A stretch of DNA of 64,000 bases from an uncultured bacterium (GTDB lineage Bacteria > Acidobacteriota > HRBIN11 > JAKEFK01), in NCBI GenBank assembly GCA_963777505.1, contig CAVZQN010000003.1:512001-576000 (forward strand). The letters run 5' to 3'. Shown one piece after another: positions 8,779 to 19,016 of the stretch. Under the pieces are notes generated by a model. That model had not been told where the DNA came from and did not search any database. It saw only the letters and a program-made list of their open reading frames with translations. Positions within the stretch are counted from its first letter, which is position 1; each line of letters opens with the position of its first letter. Made by a program: the position numbers and the translations under genes.

Positions 8779-11700
8779 AAACACCGTTATCTCTTTGAAG
8801 CTGGCTGTCGCATCTTTGATGCGGAATCCTACGGCTCCGAATGGATTTCCTTGTGCTGATCCAGAGACAACGACCACGCCATCAACCGACACTGTAAATG
8901 TTCCGGAATTCAAATTGATGCGGATCCGATAGGTAACTCCAGTATTGAACGCCACATTTGCTTTGAGTTTCACTACCTTTGCGCCGTTCACTTTTCGGAT
9001 TACCTGGAGTTTGTCTTTGTCTTCACGTAAAACAACTTCAGTGTAATTTCTTTTATCTTCGAACCATCCCAACAATGAAATTTTTCCACCTGGAGCGTCG
9101 AACTGAATATCCGCTTCAATCGTGCATCCTGAACATCCTGAGTAGGGAGCAAGAGCATCTCCTTTTTTACTTGTGAATCCGGTGAGCGCTCCGCTCACAA
9201 CATTCCATGTCCCTTTTACAAAAGTCCAATCGGCTGCCTCACCATCTTCGAAATCATCTTTAAACAAAAACTGCGGTGCCCCGACTGAGAATTCTTGATT
9301 GACGCGCGAAATATTTCCTTGTTGATCTGCTGATTCAACGCGGATGTGCGCGTTTTGTGCCTGAGCTATTGGCGGCGAAATCTGAATTGAATACACTCCT
9401 GGCGCAACATTTTGAGCAAGATCAAAAAGTTCAGCTCCGGGAGGTCTTCCATTGATTGAGATGTCTGCAGTGACTGATAGTGATGAAGAATCTATTCCCG
9501 TATACGCATCGGCTGTTCCAAAACGGATTTCACCGATTGAGGTGCTATTTTGTCCCATGCGAGGTTTGCTTACTGAAAGCGATGGACGCATATCATCTAG
9601 AAACCATCCTAGATTTCCGTGACCCGATTCAACGCCAAAATTAATCGGGCAACCCAGATCGATCCATCGAGCAAAAGTCATTTTTTCATCGATCGTTAAT
9701 CCCTGGACGCCACTTCCAGAAGGCGGCATGATCGTGCCAGTGAAATCAAGATCAGCATCATTTCGATTAGAACCAGGTGGAACAATCGTAGAAAAATCAC
9801 CTGGTGTGGTTTCTGTTGGATGATCAGTATTGGTCCAACCATCGAGACGTTGTCCGAAAATTTTCCACATTAACAAACTTCTGCGGCTTTGGAATCTTCG
9901 GATGTAACGGCTGGCATTCGTTTGTCGCCATGTCCCATTGGTAATAATTGGCGGATAGCCCCAGCGTGCATTTTCATCGCGCGCAAGTTTTACATAATCG
10001 CGCGCAAGTCCAGTTTGACCATCAATCGAAGTATCATCCAGATCCAGGTTTCCATGAGGTGTTGGATTACTTGATGAATGACACGGTACACAACTTCGTT
10101 GCAAGAGCGGCCGTATGTGCTGATAAAACTCAACATTCACAACAGAAGTCGGTTCAGTTCGAAGTGTTGGATTTCCTTGCGTATCGTGACTCACAAGTGG
10201 CGTCATCGTTGTTAAATCCCACGGTTGATATCCACCGCTGCCGGCGACTGTCGTGCTAATGTCGAGCGGTTGCTGACTGTGAGCATGGCAACCTCCACAG
10301 TTCGATCGAATTTCACCTGGACGCACCTGATGCCATGTCTGTGCCATCGTTAGTACCATTCCATTTCTATCTAGCATTTGAAATGTGAACGGAGTGTCGG
10401 CAGGAATTTTTGCTAAAAAACTTGTATCAGGATTTCCTTCTTGATCAAGTATTGGTGTGCCATTTCCATTAAACTTTCGAACCGGGATTTCACCTAAGAT
10501 ACGCAGCCGTTCCATCGCATGACTGAAAAACCATTGAAAACCGCCGGGACCGCAACACGTACTATTCGGACCATAACTTCGATGTGTATTCGGCTCCATT
10601 GCAAGAAGACGGATCGCCCAAATATCGGAATTGTTATATTTTCCCGAATCGCTTCCTTGCCATAACCAGTTGCTGCTTTGCTCATTTTGCGAAGTATTAA
10701 ATACATCAAGACCATTGTAAATACTTGAACCTGTCGAAAATCCTGGAAAACTTTCACGTTTATATAAACTGCTTGTTCCGACCAATCCAAACGGCGTTCC
10801 AGCCGGCAGGTTTAAATGCAGTGAGCCATCATTTGGAAGCCATGGAATCAATGTTGGTTCAGAAACACCATGGACCGCTTGATAGGAAACAACAGCACGC
10901 GGCCATGCTTCGTTGTACTGCGGATTATTTTTGATCAACGTAAGTTGTGATGGACTGTTTACAATGTTGCCGCCAGCAATTACATAAATGCCGCTATCGT
11001 AGTAAGGAGTTGGTGTTGGACGATCCAGATCATTTGCCGGACCAGGAGTCCATGCAACCAGCAAATCATTATTCGGAGCGGCTGATGGATGCGTAAATTT
11101 TCCAACACGTACTCCACCGGATCCTTCCGGCGCAGCTTCATCATTCCCATGTGTGAAAGGTGAGATTGAAAACATGCCTCGGGGTGTAAACGGCATCTTA
11201 AATGGGTATAAAAATCCTTCTTCCACAGTTTGCTGGATTGACGGATTGTCTGCGGGAAATGCGCTGTGGAATGGTGGAGTTGCCGCTGGTGGATCCACAG
11301 GAAATCGGTAGAGAGCGCCGAAGCCATTGTTGTTCAAATTGTAATAATCGCAAACAACGATGTCTTCATTCGAAAGCTGCGTCATGAAATGAAAAGCTTG
11401 AGCTTGACGAAATGCGCTAACAACAGGTTGCCAGTTTCTACCATCAGGATAAATTGACCAGATTCCCCACACCCGGCTATCACGATTACCCTGACTTTCC
11501 AATGAACTAAACATGATTCTGCCATTGCGCAGCGGTGTCGGATGAAGCGCGCTGCCAATCGTCATCGGAGCAATGGGTGTAACGTTCGATCCGTCTTCAT
11601 CCATGACAAATAACTGCAGTGTCGGATTCGTTAATCCTTGCGGCGGAATGAATGCATTTCGATTGCTAACGAATGCAATCTTGCCTCCTGGTACTGGCGC

Positions 11701-12231
11701 AGGACCTAAATTTAGAATTCCGTATCCCAGATAGTTGAAACCTGCTGGAGGACTTTCAGGATCAGATTCATCCCAATTTCCAGATCCCATATTGGGTGTA
11801 AATTCGCCAAATGTGAGTTGTACTATCTGCCTGGTGCCAAGATGGATCTTGAAAATATCAGCACCACCATATGGCAAACCGCGTTGTGTATTAATATTTC
11901 CCGGTTCGTAAAAATAACTGTAATAAACCCACTGTCCATCGAAAGAAACAAATGGATCAGTAACAGATCCAGTCCCTGCATTCACAAGTACTTCTTCATT
12001 TCCATTGGGATGAAGAAGCATGAGATCGGCGCCTGGATCGATCCGCCCGGGATGAGACACCTCCGGCCAGGTCGTATTCGTGTTGTTGCCAAAACGAGGT
12101 TGTCTTACATAAACAATGTCGTAGGTGACTGCAAATGTATTCCCAAATGCGCATGCTGTGAGAATTAGTGCAATCAGGGTTAAACGGGATTTGCGGAAGG
12201 CGATGCCAAATCCTTCGATTGGAAGGCTCAT
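8776..12231 (-). CDS. Secreted beta-propeller protein related to hydrazine synthase alpha middle domain, two CxxCH haem motifs, C-terminal beta-sandwich domain
   Basis: Signal peptide, TolB-like repeats (DPFVSFDGQWVYYS, GKIAFVSNR), SFLAKIPADTPFTFQMLDRNGM...VRPGEIRSNCGGCH and CVPCH, C-terminal FKDDFEDG..W domain. Confidence 0.72.
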   Translation of the reverse strand: MSLPIEGFGIAFRKSRLTLIALILTACAFGNTFAVTYDIVYVRQPRFGNNTNTTWPEVSHPGRIDPGADLMLLHPNGNEEVLVNAGTGSVTDPFVSFDGQWVYYSYFYEPGNINTQRGLPYGGADIFKIHLGTRQIVQLTFGEFTPNMGSGNWDESDPESPPAGFNYLGYGILNLGPAPVPGGKIAFVSNRNAFIPPQGLTNPTLQLFVMDEDGSNVTPIAPMTIGSALHPTPLRNGRIMFSSLESQGNRDSRVWGIWSIYPDGRNWQPVVSAFRQAQAFHFMTQLSNEDIVVCDYYNLNNNGFGALYRFPVDPPAATPPFHSAFPADNPSIQQTVEEGFLYPFKMPFTPRGMFSISPFTHGNDEAAPEGSGGVRVGKFTHPSAAPNNDLLVAWTPGPANDLDRPTPTPYYDSGIYVIAGGNIVNSPSQLTLIKNNPQYNEAWPRAVVSYQAVHGVSEPTLIPWLPNDGSLHLNLPAGTPFGLVGTSSLYKRESFPGFSTGSSIYNGLDVFNTSQNEQSSNWLWQGSDSGKYNNSDIWAIRLLAMEPNTHRSYGPNSTCCGPGGFQWFFSHAMERLRILGEIPVRKFNGNGTPILDQEGNPDTSFLAKIPADTPFTFQMLDRNGMVLTMAQTWHQVRPGEIRSNCGGCHAHSQQPLDISTTVAGSGGYQPWDLTTMTPLVSHDTQGNPTLRTEPTSVVNVEFYQHIRPLLQRSCVPCHSSSNPTPHGNLDLDDTSIDGQTGLARDYVKLARDENARWGYPPIITNGTWRQTNASRYIRRFQSRRSLLMWKIFGQRLDGWTNTDHPTETTPGDFSTIVPPGSNRNDADLDFTGTIMPPSGSGVQGLTIDEKMTFARWIDLGCPINFGVESGHGNLGWFLDDMRPSLSVSKPRMGQNSTSIGEIRFGTADAYTGIDSSSLSVTADISINGRPPGAELFDLAQNVAPGVYSIQISPPIAQAQNAHIRVESADQQGNISRVNQEFSVGAPQFLFKDDFEDGEAADWTFVKGTWNVVSGALTGFTSKKGDALAPYSGCSGCTIEADIQFDAPGGKISLLGWFEDKRNYTEVVLREDKDKLQVIRKVNGAKVVKLKANVAFNTGVTYRIRINLNSGTFTVSVDGVVVVSGSAQGNPFGAVGFRIKDATASFKEITVF

Positions 12232-12357
12232 ACCTGGTCTCCTCTTTGTTCGTTGGCCTAACGAAAACGCAAAAGGAAAACAAAAATATTTTTCTTTTTT
12301 TAGAGTCTTTTTTTACGCTATTGCGTTGAATTCATTGTAGCATATACGGAGCAAACG

Positions 12358-12408
12358 GGGACCGCGGACGTCCTCGTCCGCATAAGGGATCGCAGGCGTC
12401 TCGCCGGC
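12358..12408. repeat. Two tandem REP-like hairpins (family D)
   Basis: GGGACCGCGGACGTCCTCGTCCGC (12358-12381) and GGGATCGCAGGCGTCTCGCCGGC (12386-12408) just upstream of the next ATG. Confidence 0.68.
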
Positions 12409-12416
12409 TAAATAAA

Positions 12417-13481
12417 ATGAACTATCGCAACATCTTAGCGACTTTAATCTTGAGCCTTATCGTTCCCACCGCCTTCCCTTGTGCCCCAGCGCCACCTCAG
12501 GGCAGAATCGTGCAGGTGCTGCAGGAATCAGCGGTAATCATTTGGGATGCTCAAGCGAAGACACAGCATTTCATTCGCAGCGCTGCATTCGATTCAGATT
12601 CTCCAGAGTTTGGTTTTTTGGTTCCAACTCCAACAGTGCCGCAGTTGAGTGAAGCGCCGCAAACGATTTTTACCACGATCGAGCAATGGACTGCTCCCAA
12701 AGTTGTGGATAAGAAGATACATGGCGTCCAGCCATTTTTCTTTTTCACGATGTTTTTCATGTTGAAAAGCTCAGATGATGCGCGAGTGATGTCATCGGCG
12801 CCACCTTCAGTTCGCGTTTTAGCATCTCAACAAGTTTCAGGATTTGATGCTGTCGTATTGGAGGCAGACAATGCTGAAGTTCTAAAAACGTGGTTGGAAG
12901 AACATCAATATGCAGTTCGTTCCGAATTAATGGAATGGGCAAATCCATATATAGAAAAGAAGTGGAAAATTTGTGCGTTTAAGATTGCGCATAGTGAAGA
13001 CGGTCAGCGTTTTGCAACTTCACCAGTTCGAATGAGTTTTACAACCGATCGTCCTTTCTTTCCCTATCGCGAACCTTCTGATCAACGCAAGGAGACAACG
13101 GATCTTCCGGGACGTGTCTTGCGAATGTTTGTGCTCAGCGATCAAAGACTGGATGCTGAATTAGGGAATACAGGAATATGGCCAGGGAAGACAATCTGGA
13201 GCGATCATCTGGAAACAGAACAAAGAAATACGATCATGAAGGAATTGTCTCTTGATTCAATTCCCACCAATCTATGGATGACTGCAATGGAAGATATTTC
13301 CTCTCCACGACCTGGAACCGATGATCTGTTTTTTGTTCCGGGCAAAGATCAGAGCAAGCTTCTTCCTCCTCCAATCGTGAATGAAATTGACCGGCGTATT
13401 CCTCTTCCAGTTGATTTGATTATTTTGCTGGCAATTGGAACGATCTTGATTGTGCGAAGAAAAAAGCGCAAGCGTTTATAA
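12417..13481 (+). CDS. DUF2330-like exported protein with C-terminal TM anchor and basic tail
   Basis: Signal peptide, E.AVIIWD...QHFIRSAAF, FGFLVPTPT.P, L..WL..H.Y, PFFPYREP, then C-terminal TM plus RRKKRKRL. Confidence 0.7.
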   Translation: MNYRNILATLILSLIVPTAFPCAPAPPQGRIVQVLQESAVIIWDAQAKTQHFIRSAAFDSDSPEFGFLVPTPTVPQLSEAPQTIFTTIEQWTAPKVVDKKIHGVQPFFFFTMFFMLKSSDDARVMSSAPPSVRVLASQQVSGFDAVVLEADNAEVLKTWLEEHQYAVRSELMEWANPYIEKKWKICAFKIAHSEDGQRFATSPVRMSFTTDRPFFPYREPSDQRKETTDLPGRVLRMFVLSDQRLDAELGNTGIWPGKTIWSDHLETEQRNTIMKELSLDSIPTNLWMTAMEDISSPRPGTDDLFFVPGKDQSKLLPPPIVNEIDRRIPLPVDLIILLAIGTILIVRRKKRKRL

Positions 13482-14201
13482 AGCTTCTTTCGTTATCGCA
13501 AGTGGTCTGGCGTGAACTGACTTTCGCGCATATAAAATAAGTGCAATCCACAGCAGTACTGCAATAACGCTTGCAACAATCGTTAAATTCTCTGCAAGCA
13601 ATACGAAATCGTAAAGACCATGAATGAGCATCGCAATAATCAATGAAGCTGCCTGAAGTAAGAAGCGCGTACTTCGATTGCGTGTTTGAAAGAATGCATA
13701 AGCGGTAGCAAATCCCCAAATCGATGCAAAGAGCGAATGAGTGATCGGTGCAGTAACAGCTCTGGCAAGATGATGAGGCCATGTCACAAGGTTTGTGTAT
13801 AGCAGGCTTTCAAAACTGGCAAATCCGATTGCGATTGCGCTGGAGTAGATTAATCCATCAATCGGTTCATCAAAATGAATACTTTTGAATATGAAAAATC
13901 TCGCTGCTATGAACTTAACACCTTCTTCAATCGGACCAACAAACAGCAGACAATAAAACAAAATTTGCCAGTTCGTTCCGCCAGGATCTTCAGGACCACC
14001 AAGAAAAGGAATCAAGTAATAGAGAGCGAGTCCAACAAGCGCTGAGCCTGCACCAAGTAAATAAGAGAGTGCCAGCATCCGCCTTGGCTCAGGCCGTAAA
14101 AAGTCTTTCAGATCAAAGTACTGCAGCCAGAACAAACTTGCCGCAGTAATAAAACCGAGCCCCCGAACCCAGGTGACGATACTTTCCCACACCACTAGCA
14201 C
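13476..14201 (-). CDS. PrsW family intramembrane metalloprotease
   Basis: IEEGVKF, FDEPIDGLIY, GFASFES, HSLFA and HGLYD motifs; multiple TM segments. Confidence 0.9.
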   Translation of the reverse strand: MLVVWESIVTWVRGLGFITAASLFWLQYFDLKDFLRPEPRRMLALSYLLGAGSALVGLALYYLIPFLGGPEDPGGTNWQILFYCLLFVGPIEEGVKFIAARFFIFKSIHFDEPIDGLIYSSAIAIGFASFESLLYTNLVTWPHHLARAVTAPITHSLFASIWGFATAYAFFQTRNRSTRFLLQAASLIIAMLIHGLYDFVLLAENLTIVASVIAVLLWIALILYARKSVHARPLAITKEAL

Positions 14202-14225
14202 ACTATATAACAGAAGGTTGTGGGG

Positions 14226-14247
14226 CTCTCCGTGACTCTGCGGTGAA
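14226..14247 (-). repeat. Family A repeat copy, closest match to the GxxExxY flank
   Basis: Reverse complement TTCACCGCAGAGTCACGGAGAG versus TTCACCACGGAGTCACGGAGAG at 62174-62195 (20/22 identical). Confidence 0.85.
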
Positions 14248-14252
14248 TGCGC

Positions 14253-15521
14253 TTAAGGTTGTTTGAAGACTTGACCGGCTTTCATCACAAACACAACATT
14301 GCGAAGCGCCTTAATGTCTTGTGCCGGATTGCCTTTTACTGCAATGATGTCGGCAAATTTCCCGGCTTCGATCGTGCCGATCTGTTTTTCCATCCGCAAC
14401 AGTTCTGCTCCGGTTGTTGTTGCCGATCGGATCGCGTCTAACGGTGTCATTCCATATTCAACCATCCGCTCGAATTCACGAATGGAAGTTCCATGTTCGT
14501 AAGCGCCGACATCGGTTCCAAAGGCAATTTTAACGCCCATCTTCATCGCTTTTTGAAATACTAGTTTGTGATTTGCCACAACTTTGCGCGTCAATTCAGT
14601 ATCATCTTCCGGTATTTGAGGAATATAAACAGAAAGCGTGGGGCACCAATATGTGCCGTGTTTTACCAGAAGCTGCAACAGTTCATCTGACAAAAGCATT
14701 CCATGTTCGATCGAACGCACACCGCCAAGGATTGAATTTTTTGCACCATCGCCGCCATAAGCATGTGCCGATACATCGCGCCGCCAACGTTTTGCTTCTG
14801 CAACGACTGCTTCTACATCTTCCAATGAAACTTGACTGACCGGTTCGAGAGTTATTGGATCGATATGACGCATCGTCCCGGTCGCGTATAGTTTGATCCA
14901 ATCAGCTCCATATTTCACTTGACGCCGCACTTCGGCAATCATTGCATCGCGCGAATCAACAAGTGCAGATGGTTCAGGAATCTGAATGTCCGGATTCAAC
15001 CCTTTGTTGTTCATGTGTCCTGCTGTGATGCTCAGAGCAAGCGTTGATACAAGCATTCTGGGACCAGGAATAATTCCTTGATTGATTGCATCGCGAATAG
15101 CGACGTCCGCAAATCCTGCGCCTTCACTATCAAGATCGCGCATCGTAGTAAATCCTGCTTCAATATTTTTCTTCGCCGCTGCAACTCCTTGAACAGTTCT
15201 GAAAGATTGCGATTTTGTGATAATCGGCGGCACACCACGTTCATCTTCCGGCTGCAGCAAAATATGAGTGTGACAATCGATTAATCCGGGCAAAACAGTG
15301 TATTCGGAAAGGTCTATTACTTTTGCGCCCTCAGGAATTGTTTCCGCTGCTATTCTTTCAATACGATCACCACGGATTAGAATCACAACATTTTGTGAGA
15401 TTTTTCCATCTGGATTCAGCAAACTACCGGCGCGGATCGCGATGAGTGATTCTGTGGCTGCAAAGAGATTAAGCGGTATTAGGCATGCAAGTACAAGAAG
15501 GGCTCGAAATAGTTTCCACAT
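14253..15521 (-). CDS. Exported amidohydrolase (Xaa-Pro dipeptidase-like, metal-dependent)
   Basis: PGLIDCHTH, GFTTMRD, GADWIK, AHAYG, SIEHG and FGTDVG motifs; N-terminal signal peptide. Confidence 0.9.
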   Translation of the reverse strand: MWKLFRALLVLACLIPLNLFAATESLIAIRAGSLLNPDGKISQNVVILIRGDRIERIAAETIPEGAKVIDLSEYTVLPGLIDCHTHILLQPEDERGVPPIITKSQSFRTVQGVAAAKKNIEAGFTTMRDLDSEGAGFADVAIRDAINQGIIPGPRMLVSTLALSITAGHMNNKGLNPDIQIPEPSALVDSRDAMIAEVRRQVKYGADWIKLYATGTMRHIDPITLEPVSQVSLEDVEAVVAEAKRWRRDVSAHAYGGDGAKNSILGGVRSIEHGMLLSDELLQLLVKHGTYWCPTLSVYIPQIPEDDTELTRKVVANHKLVFQKAMKMGVKIAFGTDVGAYEHGTSIREFERMVEYGMTPLDAIRSATTTGAELLRMEKQIGTIEAGKFADIIAVKGNPAQDIKALRNVVFVMKAGQVFKQP

Positions 15522-15542
15522 GGCGTCTCATTATAGCTGAAA

Positions 15543-16706
15543 CTAAACCATGAAACTTTTTGCAGGATTGATTTCCTTTAAGATTGGACGATCGAGTTTG
15601 AATAACCCTAGATCGGCTTCAGTGGAGCCATTGATGGCGAGTTCGCTCAAAGTTTTTCCGATCACTGATGCAAACTTGAATGCATGACCTGCTCCAATTG
15701 CAACAAAGCAATTCTGTCGTGGGCCAACTGAATCAATGACAAAATCGCGATCCGGAGTCAATGTATACAAGCAGGATTTTGTGTAAAGAACATTCTTAAT
15801 GTCGGGCAGCATCTTTTTCATAAATGCACTCAACCTTGCGAATGCATCAGGATCCGTTTCAAATGTGCGTGTGTCAGCTGTGACTTCTTTTCCGCCAACG
15901 TCCTGTCCTGCTTTGATTGCTTGTTCACCAAAGGCGGGAAAGCCGTAATAGCATGGTTCATCCATCCAAATCCAGACAGGGAATTTTTCAGGCGCATATT
16001 TCGAAAGATCACGAGGCACAAAATATACGACCTGTTCCTGAGTGATGGTTAAAGGCAATTTGATATCAAATGTGCTCAACAAATCATTTGACCACGGACC
16101 TCCCGTAAGAATTAGTTTCTTGCAGCGGATTGCGGTATCTTTCAATTCAACTTCGTATTCTCCGCCGATTTCACGAATGGATCTTACAGACGAATGTTCT
16201 TTTAAAAGTGCTCCATTCATTCTCGCCATTTTTTGGTGAGCGAAATTCGCACGGGCTGCAGCAGCGATGCCACCTTCCGATTGAAATAAACCTGTCGTTC
16301 CATCCGGAAGTTGAAATTGGGGAAATCGTTTTTGAATTTCCGGAAGGTCTAGAATCTCATAGGGTACATTGCAAGCAGATAAACTTTCGGTGTAATCAGA
16401 CATCGGAATAATTGCATTTGTAGGCCAAAGATCCAGCCCACCAGTCCGGATTACAATTTCTTGCCCTGAGTCTGTTTCTATACTCTTCCAGGCTTCATAT
16501 GCTTGCTTCGCAAGACGAACATATTCAGGTTTGTGATAGGACAAACGAATAATGCGAGAGTGATCCTGCGATTCTCCACGCACGTGACCTAATTCAAATT
16601 GTTCAAGTCCTAGAACTTCAGCTCCTGCGGTGCGTGATAACCAATACGCGGCAGCGCTTCCTATACCACCAAGGCCGATAACGATGTATTCAAACTCGCG
16701 TTTCAT
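15543..16706 (-). CDS. solA: Monomeric sarcosine oxidase / N-methyltryptophan oxidase family flavoprotein
   Basis: GLGGIG FAD motif, SRIIRLSY, CLYTLTPDRDFVID (covalent-FAD Cys) and GHAFKFASVIG. Confidence 0.87.
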   Translation of the reverse strand: MKREFEYIVIGLGGIGSAAAYWLSRTAGAEVLGLEQFELGHVRGESQDHSRIIRLSYHKPEYVRLAKQAYEAWKSIETDSGQEIVIRTGGLDLWPTNAIIPMSDYTESLSACNVPYEILDLPEIQKRFPQFQLPDGTTGLFQSEGGIAAAARANFAHQKMARMNGALLKEHSSVRSIREIGGEYEVELKDTAIRCKKLILTGGPWSNDLLSTFDIKLPLTITQEQVVYFVPRDLSKYAPEKFPVWIWMDEPCYYGFPAFGEQAIKAGQDVGGKEVTADTRTFETDPDAFARLSAFMKKMLPDIKNVLYTKSCLYTLTPDRDFVIDSVGPRQNCFVAIGAGHAFKFASVIGKTLSELAINGSTEADLGLFKLDRPILKEINPAKSFMV

Positions 16707-17683
16707 TCAGAGTGACCGTAATATTCATACGCCGACATCGGCTTCCCGCTCTTGGATTTCCAATCTCTTTCGGGTTCGGTGTATTTGTTTAAAGCACGCG
16801 CCATTTCGCGAACATGAGTCGCGATTGATCCGCAGCACGAGCCAATGAAATTCACACCAAGATCTCGCGCTTCGGTTGCATAAGAGCCCATTTCTTTACG
16901 TGTTAGTTGCAATGGATCCATACCGAGCGGAAATTCAGGAAGCGAAGTGAAATCAGGCTTTCCCGGTGGAGTGCGATACGCAGCAGGTTGGCAGGCTACA
17001 TAACATTGAACCGCATCGCGCATTTCTTTAATCAACGGTAATGTGTTTTCAGGATTACGTAAACAATTAATGCCAACGATGTCAGCTCCTGCATCTTCCA
17101 AACGCTTTGCACATTCTGCTGTGCTGTATCCTTCATAACTGACTGGCTTTTCTTCGTAACACATCGTTACCATTGCAGGCAGTCCTGCTTTCTTGATCCG
17201 TTCTACCGCGAGCAATGCTTCACCGAGCCATGAATACGTTTCTCCAATTACGAAATCAATTCCAATATTCATTTGAACTTCAAGTTGCCGGTCAAATAAT
17301 TTTCGAACATGATCTGAGGAAGATGCATCTTTAGGATCGTACATCCAGGTCAAACTCAAATTGCCTGCAACGAGTACATCTTTTTCTTCGGCTACATAAC
17401 GCGCAATTTGAACTGCTGCACGATTGATGTCGTCGGTTTTGCCTTTCAGGCCGACGGTTCCAAGCTTGTCTTCACTTGCGTAAAAGGTAAGTGCTTGCAA
17501 GACTTCAGCACCCGCCCGCAGAAATTCACGATGCATCTGAATGACTGCTTCAGGATTTGTGAGGCTTACTTCAGGAGTAAACGGACCTGCTTGTACGTAA
17601 CCCCGTTTCTCTAATTCAAGTAAGTAACCACCATCGCCCAATACAGGACCTTGTGCAAGTCGATCTAAGATTCCTTTAGCCAC
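16703..17683 (-). CDS. Homocysteine S-methyltransferase family, betaine-homocysteine methyltransferase-like
   Basis: DGGYLLELEKRGYVQAGPFTPE and HREFLRAGA (BHMT-like), GINC and IGSCCG Zn ligands. Confidence 0.87.
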   Translation of the reverse strand: MAKGILDRLAQGPVLGDGGYLLELEKRGYVQAGPFTPEVSLTNPEAVIQMHREFLRAGAEVLQALTFYASEDKLGTVGLKGKTDDINRAAVQIARYVAEEKDVLVAGNLSLTWMYDPKDASSSDHVRKLFDRQLEVQMNIGIDFVIGETYSWLGEALLAVERIKKAGLPAMVTMCYEEKPVSYEGYSTAECAKRLEDAGADIVGINCLRNPENTLPLIKEMRDAVQCYVACQPAAYRTPPGKPDFTSLPEFPLGMDPLQLTRKEMGSYATEARDLGVNFIGSCCGSIATHVREMARALNKYTEPERDWKSKSGKPMSAYEYYGHSE

Positions 17684-17704
17684 ACTTCCTCCTAAAAGAT
17701 TTTT

Positions 17705-17722
17705 TACCGCAGAGACGCAAAG
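17705..17722 (+). repeat. Family A repeat copy
   Basis: TACCGCAGAGACGCAAAG in the gap between the Rieske and methyltransferase genes. Confidence 0.8.
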
Positions 17723-17723
17723 C

Positions 17724-18839
17724 TTAAACTGCTACTTCGCGATGCATCAGTTTCAAATATTCGCGATCAAATGCTGCAAGCATGCTTTCCAGATCGCAAT
17801 AAGGTCCTGGAACGTATGCGCGCGAACTAACTCCATCCTGTGAACGTTCGCACAAATCCCAATCCTGTCTGTTCGTAAGATCCCAGAATTCTACGGCACG
17901 TAACGGTTCATAATCAGGTCGATTGATCGCTTCTGGATGAAATAACCACTCACATATGATCCGTGTGCGATCCGGCGAAACAGGATCGAGACGGTGCACC
18001 AAAACATATTCAGGATGCGGACTCAGAAAAACATTCGGAAATAATGTAAAGTAAAAAACTTTCCTCTGCTTTTCATCTGACAGATTTGGGATCGGCATTG
18101 CACACAAGCGACCATCAATCGTCATGCTTTCACCGCCTGAAACATTCATCGGGCCTCCAAGGAAAGGGCCTTCTTCAAGATGGATCGCAGTATCGCGATA
18201 CGAAGTAAGACGAGCCAACAATGGATGAACGGTTGGGCAGTGATAACATTCAGAATAATTTTGGAAAAGAATTTTCCAATTCGCTTTTACTTCATAAATT
18301 TCAGTATGCGCAACAGCTAGATCAGCAATATTCCATTCCGAAAAACGGTCGAGTACAGGCGCAAATTCTGATTCAAATGGTTCCGGGTCTTCCGAAAAAT
18401 TCAAAAATACGTAACCTTCCCAAACATGACAATGAACTTTGTGAAGTGGATATTTGGAGCGATCAAATGAAACGGCGGTGCTCATGTTGGGAGCGCCAAT
18501 CAATTTACCATCCAGCGCATATGTCCAGGCGTGATAAGGACACTGAATTTTTCCATCGAATTCACCAGCCGGATCGGTACAGATACGCGTGCCGCGATGC
18601 CTGCAAATATTATAAAAAGCTCGAACGATATGGTCTTCAGCCAGGGTGACGATTACATTTTCCTTGCCAATCGTGAAGATAAAATAACTACCAGGCTTCG
18701 TTAGCTTTGCCGCGTTTCCTGCACAAATCCAACGATTCATGAAAATCCGTTCTAATTCTTCATGGAAAATGGTTTCGGAAGTGTAATATTCGCCGGGCAG
18801 AGTTGTAGCGCCGCCAGCAGATCGTTTTGAATTTTTCAT
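17724..18839 (-). CDS. Rieske non-haem iron oxygenase alpha subunit (choline monooxygenase / quaternary amine N-demethylase-like)
   Basis: CRHRG...CPYHAW Rieske motif, NWK..NYSECYHC..VHP and QDW.LCE mononuclear iron site. Confidence 0.9.
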   Translation of the reverse strand: MKNSKRSAGGATTLPGEYYTSETIFHEELERIFMNRWICAGNAAKLTKPGSYFIFTIGKENVIVTLAEDHIVRAFYNICRHRGTRICTDPAGEFDGKIQCPYHAWTYALDGKLIGAPNMSTAVSFDRSKYPLHKVHCHVWEGYVFLNFSEDPEPFESEFAPVLDRFSEWNIADLAVAHTEIYEVKANWKILFQNYSECYHCPTVHPLLARLTSYRDTAIHLEEGPFLGGPMNVSGGESMTIDGRLCAMPIPNLSDEKQRKVFYFTLFPNVFLSPHPEYVLVHRLDPVSPDRTRIICEWLFHPEAINRPDYEPLRAVEFWDLTNRQDWDLCERSQDGVSSRAYVPGPYCDLESMLAAFDREYLKLMHREVAV

Positions 18840-18860
18840 TCTAGCCCCGAGTCAAAACAT

Positions 18861-18915
18861 ATCAATTACTTGGTGTGCTGTCAATATTTTGAAACAAGGT
18901 TTCACAATGTGAAAC
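18861..18915. promoter_or_regulatory. Operator-containing ~55-bp direct repeat, copy 1 (putative IclR site)
   Basis: Contains perfect palindrome GTTTCACA-A-TGTGAAAC (18899-18915) and adjacent TGAAAC-N3-GTTTCA; aligns to 19953-20008. Confidence 0.75.
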
Positions 18916-18920
18916 GTGTT

Positions 18921-18939
18921 TCTCTGCGCATTTGTGGTA
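18921..18939 (-). repeat. Family A repeat copy (degenerate)
   Basis: Reverse complement TACCACAAATGCGCAGAGA. Confidence 0.5.
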
Positions 18940-19016
18940 GAAAAACGTAGTTGCCAATTGAAAACACCGGCACTATTTTGACGAAGGGTCTGAAAAACAA
19001 AAACAGGAGAAGGAAC

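Noticed and set aside
8776-12231. Anammox hydrazine synthase
   Set aside because: There are no beta/gamma subunit genes nearby, the protein has extra domains, and the resemblance is limited to a motif-level match.
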